A stretch of DNA of 58,887 nucleotides, counting the filler. It is 4 parts of 4 records of this genome, joined end to end, with 100 filler letters (N's around TTAATTAATTAA, not from the genome) between each part and the next. Parts side by side here need not be neighbours in the genome. Positions count along the whole stretch, not along the records: positions 21,610 to 28,310 come from SRR22947725_142; positions 28,411 to 52,972 come from SRR22947725_143; 2 more parts are not named here. One strand, written 5' to 3'. Position 1 is the first letter of the stretch. Every line of letters starts with the position of its first letter. This document shows positions 28,272-36,838 of this stretch, one piece after another. The translations under genes and the position numbers were made by a program. The notes under the pieces are model-generated. The model saw nothing but the letters and a program-made list of their open reading frames with translations, ran no database searches and was not told the origin of the DNA.

Positions 28272-28310
28272 TGGTGGGCGTGATAAGAATTGAACTTATG
28301 ACCTCTACGA
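28272..28310 (-). tRNA. 3' part of tRNA-Val(GAC) (gene or repeat copy), cut by the contig end
   Basis: Minus strand TCGTAG-AGGTC-ATAAG-TTCAATT-CTTAT-CACGCCC-A-CCA gives a perfect T stem, TTCRA loop, discriminator A and encoded CCA. The GAC anticodon is inferred from the overlapping copy at 21633-21635. Confidence 0.8.
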
Positions 28311-28410
28311 NNNNNNNNNNNNNNNNNNNNNNNNNNNNNNNNNNNNNNNNNNNNTTAATTAATTAANNNNNNNNNNNNNNNNNNNNNNNNNNNNNNNNNN
28401 NNNNNNNNNN
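28311..28410. other. Artificial contig linker
   Basis: N44-TTAATTAATTAA-N44. Confidence 0.98.
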
Positions 28411-28502
28411 GCTTGATTTATGCACTGAAAAAAATTTTTATAAAAATATATATATTACGAAAGTACATTTCTGAAAGTATAATTTAGAACCAATATAGTT
28501 TT

Positions 28503-29501
28503 ATGATAACTTTATATGCTCACATAGGTTTTCCACGTGCAGCTACTAAAACACTTCAGCTAAAATTATTTAAGAAACATAAGGATTTAAATTATTTAGG
28601 CAGATATCCTGATAGAGATCCCTCTCATAACGAGATTATATCTAAGATTTTGGAATACGAAGAAGATGAATTTGAAAAGAATTTTGATAGCTTATCGAGG
28701 GAATTCAAAAGTTTACCTTTTAGTTTAAATAAAACAAACTTAATCTCCGATGAATTTTTTTTATTAAGAGATTTATTGCATCAAAAAATTTCCATTAAAG
28801 ATTCAATACAGAGGTTAAATAGACTTTGCAAAGTCAACAATATAAACTTAAAGATTATTTATTTAGTTAGAAATCAAACAGATATTATTAGATCGTTATT
28901 TTCTGTAACGTTCTTAAGTTCATTAAAAACTGATGCTGAAAAAATTATCTCAGCACTAAATGGATTAAAAACTGATACCTATACACTTAATTTTTTAAGA
29001 GCATTTGATTATAGTCAATTGCATTATACCCTATCAGAAATTGTAGGGAGCAATAATTTGAGTGTTATTTTTTTTGAAAAATTATTAATTACCAAAGATC
29101 AATTTTATAAAAAAATATCAGATTTATTGAGTTTATCAAATTCAGAAATATTTAAATTATTAGATGGTCAAAAAAAGCATGATATTTATGATCAGTTTGG
29201 AAATGATAAAACATTATCTACAAGATCACAACTAATATTTCATCAAATTAAAAACATAAATAATAACGAGATTTTAAATAGAAATTTTATACCAAGATTA
29301 ATTACTTTCTTTAAAAAAAATATTTTTCCAAATGTGAAAATAGATAAAAAAAAAGTCATAGAAAATAGGTCAATATATAATAACGCTTTGATAAAGTTTG
29401 AAAGAAATGACAATATTATTAAAAACTATTTTTTAGAATCAAATAAAAAATTTTTTGAATTAAATAAAACAAATGAAAACATAAAAAAATTTTATTTATG
29501 A
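28503..29501 (+). CDS. Sulfotransferase-like P-loop protein
   Basis: HIGFPRAATKTLQ (5'-PSB-like), ISDE, VRNQ...S (3'-PB-like) and FFE motifs. Confidence 0.7.
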   Translation: MITLYAHIGFPRAATKTLQLKLFKKHKDLNYLGRYPDRDPSHNEIISKILEYEEDEFEKNFDSLSREFKSLPFSLNKTNLISDEFFLLRDLLHQKISIKDSIQRLNRLCKVNNINLKIIYLVRNQTDIIRSLFSVTFLSSLKTDAEKIISALNGLKTDTYTLNFLRAFDYSQLHYTLSEIVGSNNLSVIFFEKLLITKDQFYKKISDLLSLSNSEIFKLLDGQKKHDIYDQFGNDKTLSTRSQLIFHQIKNINNNEILNRNFIPRLITFFKKNIFPNVKIDKKKVIENRSIYNNALIKFERNDNIIKNYFLESNKKFFELNKTNENIKKFYL

Positions 29502-29740
29502 GATTAATTTGAACTGTGTTTTGTGAATAAAAAAATAATTAGATGATACTAAAAATTTTCTTGTTGCAAATTTTACGAAAAAGGTAACCATTCGTCTTAT
29601 AAACGACCAAATATTGAAATTATCATTAATGGTAAAAACTACTTAAAAACAAACTGGTAATGAGAATTTCAAAGTTATAATTAATATTATCATAGACTGC
29701 TCTTCAAATTGGTGGAATGATTACGTATAGAAAGCGATCT

Positions 29741-29770
29741 TTATTTGGCTGACATTAGTCAGTTAAATAA
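29741..29770 (+). terminator. 13-bp stem-loop between convergent genes
   Basis: TTATTTGGCTGAC-ATTA-GTCAGTTAAATAA, with two G:U pairs on the + strand. Confidence 0.35.
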
Positions 29771-29827
29771 TGTTATGAAGTAAATAAAGAGCTATAAAAA
29801 CACACTGCACTAGCTCAAAAATTAAAT

Positions 29828-31549
29828 TCATTTTAGCTCATTTAGATTGGAGGTATGTCTCTCATCATTTTCTAATTGATGAAAAATCATTTTTTTATAA
29901 TAGTCATCAATATAGTTATATTGTTTGATTGTTTTATAAGCATCATCCCAAAATTTATCCACATCAATAAATAGATTGGGTTCAAAATTATCTGGGTAAA
30001 ATGGGTTAGAAACCAGATTTAGTTTCCATTGGATATAGTTATATATTTTTGATTTATCAATTTGCTCTTGGCTAACTTCGGTAATTTTGTCTATATCATT
30101 CAATTTAGAAAAATACTCTTCCTCATTTTTTGGTATTTCTTTATTAAAAATGATATCAGAAAAATCACTTCTCCCAGCCATTAAACTTTTTTTACCAATG
30201 CTAGCACACTCAAGAGCTGCTGAGCCATTACAAGTGACAACAAGATCTAAATTTTTAAACAAGGAGTTAAGTGATATATCTTTTGGAACAAGTTTTATAT
30301 TATCAACATTTCCAATAATTGAATTAAATTCTTTAATAGTGTCTGTCTTTGATTTTGCATATTCAACTTCCATAGGATGAGGTTTTACCAACCAATTATA
30401 ATTATCAATTTTTTTAATATGATTTAAGGTCTTTCTTAACCAAGTCAGATTATCTCTGAAAATTCTCCAACCCGATAAAAAGTTACCATCAATTAGACAA
30501 TGACCAAAAATACAAATAATTTTTTTCTTTTCGTCCCAATTAAAAAAACTGCATAATTCGCGTTTAGAAAAATTCTTTTTATTCTTATGTCCAATACCAA
30601 CACTTCCAGAGTCATCATTACCTGTTTTTCCTGAAAATCTTTCAGTAAAATGCCGTTCTCCTTTTTGAATAGCTATCTCTTTATAGTTTTTATAAATATG
30701 ATCAAAAGTTTTTTTTGAGACTTCCGATCTAATAGTATTTGCTTCATTTTCTGATTTAAAAATTCTAATAGAGTTTTTTTTACCAGCCCCATGTCTTGCA
30801 TAAACTTTTATTTTGTTAGTTAAAAAGAATTGATAAATAATAGCTTGAGGTATAAATTGCGTTTCCGATTGAACAACACCAGTAATTTCGTATTTTTTGA
30901 TAATTTTCTCACAGGTCTTATGTACATGAAATGCGTTTGCTAAGAAATAACAAAATTTAAAGTTTAATTTTTCAAAAGTTCCTTCCCCAGTATATCTCAC
31001 AAAAGTTTCGTAAACTGCCTTTCCAAATTCAATGTTGCTAAGATTATATTTTAAAAATTCATCAATGGTACTAAATTTTGATATAACTTCATAAGCTTTT
31101 AAGAATAATTTTATTCTTGAAACAAAACCTCCTTTGTCTAAGTATATAAATTCTTTTATACCAAAACTTCTTAATGTTACCTCACTAGGCAAGTCTCCTT
31201 TGATTATAAATCCAATTAACTCCTCTTTGTAAAATTCAGATAAATATTTTCCAGTAATTGCTTCACCAAAATAATATGCGGGATGAGAATGAATTAGACT
31301 TGTAACTAGTATTTTTCTATTGGTTTGTTTGATTTCAAAATTTTTGTTTTTCCAAAAATCAGAGTTAGTTTTAATAAATTTTTGGTAAAATTTTTCTTTA
31401 AAAGGGTTAAAATTCCTATTGGTGATAAATAAGAAATAATTTATTATTTTAAATTTATAAAAATAACCAATTATATCTTTTAGAGTTTTTAAATTTTCTT
31501 TAAAGTAATACGCAAAAAATAAAATTAAATAACTTAATTTTTTTATCAT
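29828..31549 (-). CDS. Capsule-synthesis (KpsS/GT-B-like) polysaccharide biosynthesis protein
   Basis: C-terminal LVKPHP, VVTCNGSAALE and GK motifs resembling CMP-ulosonate-using transferases. Confidence 0.55.
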   Translation of the reverse strand: MIKKLSYLILFFAYYFKENLKTLKDIIGYFYKFKIINYFLFITNRNFNPFKEKFYQKFIKTNSDFWKNKNFEIKQTNRKILVTSLIHSHPAYYFGEAITGKYLSEFYKEELIGFIIKGDLPSEVTLRSFGIKEFIYLDKGGFVSRIKLFLKAYEVISKFSTIDEFLKYNLSNIEFGKAVYETFVRYTGEGTFEKLNFKFCYFLANAFHVHKTCEKIIKKYEITGVVQSETQFIPQAIIYQFFLTNKIKVYARHGAGKKNSIRIFKSENEANTIRSEVSKKTFDHIYKNYKEIAIQKGERHFTERFSGKTGNDDSGSVGIGHKNKKNFSKRELCSFFNWDEKKKIICIFGHCLIDGNFLSGWRIFRDNLTWLRKTLNHIKKIDNYNWLVKPHPMEVEYAKSKTDTIKEFNSIIGNVDNIKLVPKDISLNSLFKNLDLVVTCNGSAALECASIGKKSLMAGRSDFSDIIFNKEIPKNEEEYFSKLNDIDKITEVSQEQIDKSKIYNYIQWKLNLVSNPFYPDNFEPNLFIDVDKFWDDAYKTIKQYNYIDDYYKKMIFHQLENDERHTSNLNELK

Positions 31550-31696
31550 TAAAAATGTAAAAACTTATTTTTGAAGGTTAAATTCTAATTGTCACATTTA
31601 TCTTTACATTTATTCTATAAGCATCATATTAGCAAGATTAATTTAGATTACTAAGCCAAATTTCAAAATGAAAATTAAATTATTATTCATAAGATT

Positions 31697-32701
31697 GTGT
31701 TAAAAAAAATAAAATTCGAAATTTGTAAAAAAAAAGAAATCAAGAAGCTTAAAAAATTTATTCACCACGAATGGAAAAAAGATCATATATTATCAAAAAA
31801 TAACAATGTAATTGAGTGGTTTTATGGAAACAAAAAACTAATAAATTTTGTATTAGCAAAATATCAAAAAAAAATTATTGGTATTTTAGGATTTATTCCT
31901 AATTTTCAATTTGACTATAAACTTAAGAAAAATCCGATTATTTGGCTTGCTTTATGGAAAGTTAAAAAAGACACTAGTTATAATGGAGTTGGCCTAGGTC
32001 TTCTAAACTTTTTGCAAAAAAAATTTAAAGGTTATGCTATTGCATGTAATGGTATTAATAATGAGGTTGAAAAAATTTATAAACTTTTAAATTATAAATC
32101 ATTTTATTTAAATCATTATTATTTAATAAACCCATCTTTAGCTCAGAAAATTATCAAAAAAAAAATTAAGATCAAAAAGTATAATGAGATAAAAAGTACT
32201 TATAAGTTAGAAAATCTAAAAAAAAGAGAAATAGAAAAATTTAAATATTCAATTAAACACCAAAATAAAAAATCATCAAAATATTTCATTAATCGTTATT
32301 TAAAATGTCCATTTTTTAAATATTTTATTTTTGGAATATTCAAAAAAAATAAATTAAAGGGAATTTTTTCCACAAAAATTCAAAATTATAAATCATCTAA
32401 AATATTAAGAATTATTGATTATTACGGAGATACAAATTGTTTGAGACATTTAAAAGTTCCAATTCAAAAAAAAATGATTGAACTTGATATTGAGTATACT
32501 GATTTTTATAATTTTGGAATAAATGAAATTTTAATAAAAAAGAGTGGCTTTATAAGAAATAACTTTAATAAAAAAATAGTAATTCCAAATTATTTCTACC
32601 CGTTTAAAAATAAGAATATTAAAATAAGGTCAGTTTATAAGAATACAAGTCAAAGATTATTTTTTTATAAAGGTGATGGTGATCAAGATATGCCTCATTA
32701 A
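31697..32701 (+). CDS. Hypothetical protein, possibly tandem-GNAT-fold
   Basis: IIGILG, WLALWKV..GVGLGL (acetyl-CoA-binding-like loop) and C-terminal KGDGDQD; GTG start. Confidence 0.45.
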   Translation: MLKKIKFEICKKKEIKKLKKFIHHEWKKDHILSKNNNVIEWFYGNKKLINFVLAKYQKKIIGILGFIPNFQFDYKLKKNPIIWLALWKVKKDTSYNGVGLGLLNFLQKKFKGYAIACNGINNEVEKIYKLLNYKSFYLNHYYLINPSLAQKIIKKKIKIKKYNEIKSTYKLENLKKREIEKFKYSIKHQNKKSSKYFINRYLKCPFFKYFIFGIFKKNKLKGIFSTKIQNYKSSKILRIIDYYGDTNCLRHLKVPIQKKMIELDIEYTDFYNFGINEILIKKSGFIRNNFNKKIVIPNYFYPFKNKNIKIRSVYKNTSQRLFFYKGDGDQDMPH

Positions 32702-32713
32702 ATTTTCAATAAA

Positions 32714-33484
32714 TTAATTATAAAAATTATTATGTAAGTTTAAAATTACTGAAGAATTTTCTTTTAACAAATTTTTAATTGAGTGATTATTAGCAATTGA
32801 TAAATCTTTATTTTTTCTCGTATAATCTTTTGTTCTGATTTTATTAAATATTTCGAATAAATTTTTTGGTAATTTTAATTTTTTAGAGAGTTCATTTAGT
32901 TCTTCTTTAAAATTTTCAAAAACTATGCATTTATTAACTATTATCTCATTTTCAAAAGTATAAATATCTTTTTGTTTTGAAAAAAATTCTTCAGAATATT
33001 CTTTTACGAAAACTTCGAATGAGTTTTTTGATCTTTCGGCCTCACTTTTATTGCACCAATAATAATAACTTATTATTTGGTCTACAGGATTTCGTATTAC
33101 AGTAAACTTATAATAACTGTCCCATATATTCTTGCTAATCAATTTTCTAACATTTTTAGCAGGAATATGGCTATAAAATTTTTCTTTGTTTAAAAAATTT
33201 ATAAATTTTACTTTATGATTAAACTTTATTCCAAATTTAATTAATATTAGTTTTATTGATTGAAAAATATTATGCTTTAAATTTCTATATGAAACTCTTG
33301 GTATTTTATATAAATTATTTTGACCACCTCTAGATAATTTTTTTTTTAGATTTTCTTCCACATCTTCATCTGTGGATATTATATCGTTTTCATCACAAAA
33401 ACTTGCTAATGCTATTTCTAATGATGTACCAGCAGTTTTCATCGATTTTATATAAATAAATTTATACTTGTGACAAATAATCAT
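32714..33484 (-). CDS. Sulfotransferase family 2 protein
   Basis: KFIYIKSMKTAGTS, H, YYKFTVIRNPVDQIISYY and FEN motifs. Confidence 0.85.
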   Translation of the reverse strand: MIICHKYKFIYIKSMKTAGTSLEIALASFCDENDIISTDEDVEENLKKKLSRGGQNNLYKIPRVSYRNLKHNIFQSIKLILIKFGIKFNHKVKFINFLNKEKFYSHIPAKNVRKLISKNIWDSYYKFTVIRNPVDQIISYYYWCNKSEAERSKNSFEVFVKEYSEEFFSKQKDIYTFENEIIVNKCIVFENFKEELNELSKKLKLPKNLFEIFNKIRTKDYTRKNKDLSIANNHSIKNLLKENSSVILNLHNNFYN

Positions 33485-33489
33485 TATTT

Positions 33490-35160
33490 TTAATTTATTT
33501 TGATAAATTTTGTTGGTGGTTTGATATCTAAGTTTTTTAAGAAGAAATTATTTTTTGTTTCTTCAACCATGATAGAATTTTTAAATACGTCAATCGTAGG
33601 TCTATTTCTCTTGGTTGGTTTTAAAACAGCTTTCATCGCATCCAATTTTAAAGATTTAAATTTTTTTGCAGCTAAAAAAATAAGCGTATCCTCTACTTTT
33701 CTGCCCATTATTCTACAACTCATTACGTAGTCCGTGATTATTCCAATTTTACCAGATATTGATAAACCTAATACTCCAATAATTCCCATTTCACCAAAAG
33801 AATCTGATGCTTCAATTGTCATAATAAAATTATTCTTTTGTTCTAACCACTTCTTTATCTCAACAGCTGTAAATCTTCTTGTGGTTAAATTCAGCTGATT
33901 TGTTTTATTCATTAATTGTAAAGTTCTACTAAAATTTGTTTCATTTAAGTTTTTACATTTAATTTTAGTATTAATTCTCTTCAACCAGTCGTTTTCATTA
34001 TTAATGACTTTTTTAATATTTCTTCTAACTCTTTCATCAATATACATTTTTTTTCTTTTTCTATCTTCATTGCTAATTGATGCAAAATTAAAACAATTGA
34101 GGTTATTTAAAAAATTTTTATATAAACAAGGATCTTTTGGTAACTCAGGTACAAATATTTCTTTATGAGCAATTTTAATAGCCTCTCGTTCTGCAGGATT
34201 ATCATCTATAAATACCGCAGAAGATTTACCAAGATTTAATTCATTTAACAATTCCTCTATATTTTGAGATTTATCTTTCCAATTAATTCGCCAGCCCGCA
34301 ATATCATTCATACTTAAAATCATTTCAGGATGTTTTTTAAATACTTCTAGTGCAACCTTTTCATCATTTTTACTTACTATTCCAATTTGAATTCCTATAT
34401 TGGTTAATGATTTGAGTTTCTTTTGAAAATCTACAAATGCCTCTCCAATATGATCATGGCCACCTAATTTAATACCTTTCCATCCAGTCTCACCTACAAC
34501 TCCACCCCATATAGTGTTATCTAAATCTAAAATGATTATTTTTTTATTTTTTCCCCTAACTGATAAAATAGCATTTTCTACTTCATCAATAACCTTTCTG
34601 AAATATTCGTCTTTATATGGTACTTTCGTGGCGTACCATAGTTTAGGAAAGCTTACTTCATTAAAATAAGATTTTAATTTTTCAAAATCTATTACGTAAA
34701 TATTGTTTATTTTTTTTAAGTTGTCACATAATCTAATATTCATCTTAGCTAATAAATTTCTAATACCTAAATTGGACTTCCAATCATTGATACCGTACCC
34801 TTTTTCATTCTTATCAAGACCCCATAAAGAAACAAAGACTATTTTATTTTTTGAAAAATTAATTACCTCGTTACTAAATTGGTCTACTTCATCTAAACAA
34901 AATTGTTCATTTATTTCTTTAAGATTAATTGCTTTTGAAAAATTGATATTAATACGTTCAGGATGAGTCCAAATAATACCATAAGAATAATTTAGATCAT
35001 TTTTATATTTCTTTAAATTTGGATAAACCTGATTAAAAGATGCATTTTTTATTTTTAATCCATGTTGATGCATCTTTTCACTAAGCATCTCTACAAATGA
35101 TTGAGAATTAAAATCTGAAATAAGAATTAATTTATTTTTGTTTTTCATTAATTTTTTCAT
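33490..35160 (-). CDS. FkbH-like HAD-IIIC glyceryl transferase/phosphatase
   Basis: LDLDNTIWGGVVGE, SKND, INWKDK, FIDDNPAER, KTNQLNLT and MSCRIMGR motifs. Confidence 0.92.
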   Translation of the reverse strand: MKKLMKNKNKLILISDFNSQSFVEMLSEKMHQHGLKIKNASFNQVYPNLKKYKNDLNYSYGIIWTHPERININFSKAINLKEINEQFCLDEVDQFSNEVINFSKNKIVFVSLWGLDKNEKGYGINDWKSNLGIRNLLAKMNIRLCDNLKKINNIYVIDFEKLKSYFNEVSFPKLWYATKVPYKDEYFRKVIDEVENAILSVRGKNKKIIILDLDNTIWGGVVGETGWKGIKLGGHDHIGEAFVDFQKKLKSLTNIGIQIGIVSKNDEKVALEVFKKHPEMILSMNDIAGWRINWKDKSQNIEELLNELNLGKSSAVFIDDNPAEREAIKIAHKEIFVPELPKDPCLYKNFLNNLNCFNFASISNEDRKRKKMYIDERVRRNIKKVINNENDWLKRINTKIKCKNLNETNFSRTLQLMNKTNQLNLTTRRFTAVEIKKWLEQKNNFIMTIEASDSFGEMGIIGVLGLSISGKIGIITDYVMSCRIMGRKVEDTLIFLAAKKFKSLKLDAMKAVLKPTKRNRPTIDVFKNSIMVEETKNNFFLKNLDIKPPTKFIKIN

Positions 35161-35422
35161 TTAAAAAAAATTTCAGATCATTTATTTTATTTATCTTATC
35201 ATTATTGATAAATTCATCTAACAAATCTAAATTTTTTTTATATTTTTCGTTAAATTTTTCTTCAATATTGATAATCAATGTGGTTAACGCTAAAGAGTCG
35301 AATTTACTTGATTTGCCCTTTAGGCTTAAATTTCTCTTAATTGCTTCTTTCTTTAATTCTTTATTATTGAGTTTTTTAATACATGTATCAAATATTTGAT
35401 CAATTATTTTTGTTTTTTGCAT
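35132..35422 (-). CDS. Acyl carrier protein-like
   Basis: FDSL phosphopantetheine site followed by IEEKF; directly upstream of FkbH. Confidence 0.75.
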   Translation of the reverse strand: MQKTKIIDQIFDTCIKKLNNKELKKEAIKRNLSLKGKSSKFDSLALTTLIINIEEKFNEKYKKNLDLLDEFINNDKINKINDLKFFLNEKINEKQK

Positions 35423-35439
35423 ATATTTTCAAAAAAATC

Positions 35440-35482
35440 TTGACTGTTTAATAGTTGAACGTTAAGTGTTCAACGATTGAAC
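35440..35482 (+). promoter_or_regulatory. Putative sigma70 promoter overlapped by a palindromic operator
   Basis: TTGACT at 35440-35445; GTTGAAC-N7-GTTCAAC at 35454-35474; overlapping GTTCAA-N3-TTGAAC at 35468-35482, immediately before the MarR ATG (35486). Confidence 0.65.
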
Positions 35483-35485
35483 AAT

Positions 35486-35833
35486 ATGAAAAAAAACCCA
35501 ATAAGTCCAGACAAAAATACTGATGAGTTTAATTTATTAAGGGAATTAAAAAAGAGTCCAAATGCTTCTCAAAGATTACTAGCAAATGAACTGGGTATTA
35601 GTGTTGGTAAAATAAATTATTGTTTAAGAGCACTTCAAAAAAAAGGTTTTATTAAGATAAATAATTTTAAAAAAAGCAATAACAAGCTTAAATATTTATA
35701 TTATCTTACTCCCTATGGAATTAGTTTTAAATCAAAATTAACATATAATTTTATGAAAAAAAAATTAAAAGAATATGATGAACTTAAATCAGAATATGAA
35801 GAACTTAAGAAAGAAATAAAAAAAATTGATTAA
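35486..35833 (+). CDS. EPS-associated MarR-family transcriptional regulator
   Basis: SQRLLANELGISVGKINYCL..L..KG.IK..NF and YLYYLTPYGI..K motifs. Confidence 0.9.
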   Translation: MKKNPISPDKNTDEFNLLRELKKSPNASQRLLANELGISVGKINYCLRALQKKGFIKINNFKKSNNKLKYLYYLTPYGISFKSKLTYNFMKKKLKEYDELKSEYEELKKEIKKID

Positions 35834-35836
35834 AAA

Positions 35837-36838
35837 ATGAAAAAAAAAATTTTAGTTACTGGTGGAGCTGGTTTTATTGGATCTCATCTTGTAGAAAAAT
35901 TAGTTCTGCAGGGCTATTCAGTAAAAACAATTGTGCCATACAATATAAATAATTCTTGGGGATGGATTGATAGCTTTTCATCAGAAATTAAAAAGAATGT
36001 AGAGGTTGTTTCTGGAGATATATGTGATCAAAATTTTATCTTAGATGAGACTAAAAAAATTGATATTATATTTCATTTAGCAGCTTTAATTTCTATACCT
36101 TATTCTTATAAATCACCTCAAAGTTACGTCTCCACTAATGTTTCAGGAACTTTAAATATGCTTGAGGCAGCTCGAGAAAATAATGTTGAACTATTTGTTC
36201 AAACTTCAACAAGTGAAGTTTATGGTAGCTCGCAGTTTATTCCAATAACCGAGAAGCATCCTTTGGTTGCACAATCGCCATATGCTGCTACAAAAATTGC
36301 TTCAGACCAATTAGCATTATCCTATTATAACAGTTTTGAATTGCCTGTTTTAATTTTAAGACCATTCAATACTTTTGGACCTAGACAATCATTGAGAGCT
36401 GCGATACCTACAATTATAACTCAACTTGTATCAAATAAAAATAAAATTAAATTAGGATCTCTTACACCAAGAAGAGACTTCACATATGTTTCAGACACTG
36501 TCGATGGATTTATTTCTGCGATAGGTAATAAAAAATGTTTAGGAGAAACAATTAACCTAGGCACTGGTAAAGATTTTAGCATAGGAGAAACAGTTAAAAA
36601 TATTGAAAATATTTTAAGAACAAAAGCCGAGATCGTCACGGATAACAAACGTATTAGACCCAAAAAAAGTGAGGTTAATAGACTAATTTCCTCAAATTTG
36701 AAAGCGAAAAAATTGTTAAATTGGAGTCCAAAGTTAAAAGGTTCCAAAGGATTTAAAGAAGGTCTAAAAAAAACTATAGAATGGTTTAACAAAGAAGAAA
36801 ATTTAAAATTATACAAAGCTAATCTTTACAATTATTAA
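35837..36838 (+). CDS. legB: NDP-GlcNAc 4,6-dehydratase (LegB-like)
   Basis: TGGAGFIGSHL, NSWGWID, LAALISIPYSY, QSPYAATK and RPFNTFGPRQSxRA motifs. Confidence 0.85.
   Translation: MKKKILVTGGAGFIGSHLVEKLVLQGYSVKTIVPYNINNSWGWIDSFSSEIKKNVEVVSGDICDQNFILDETKKIDIIFHLAALISIPYSYKSPQSYVSTNVSGTLNMLEAARENNVELFVQTSTSEVYGSSQFIPITEKHPLVAQSPYAATKIASDQLALSYYNSFELPVLILRPFNTFGPRQSLRAAIPTIITQLVSNKNKIKLGSLTPRRDFTYVSDTVDGFISAIGNKKCLGETINLGTGKDFSIGETVKNIENILRTKAEIVTDNKRIRPKKSEVNRLISSNLKAKKLLNWSPKLKGSKGFKEGLKKTIEWFNKEENLKLYKANLYNY

Larger units (their letters stand above)
21610..28310 (-). mobile_element. Integrase-free glycan-biosynthesis cassette bounded by tRNA-Val(GAC) 3'-half sequences
   Basis: Both contig ends lie in tRNA-Val sequence in the same orientation with an exact 22-nt terminal repeat; seven co-oriented sugar genes lie between them. 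Confidence 0.65.

Noticed and set aside
29709-29740. TGGTGG...TGAT stretch as a decayed tRNA-Val repeat
   Set aside because: Similarity is limited to a few bases and no T arm can be formed.
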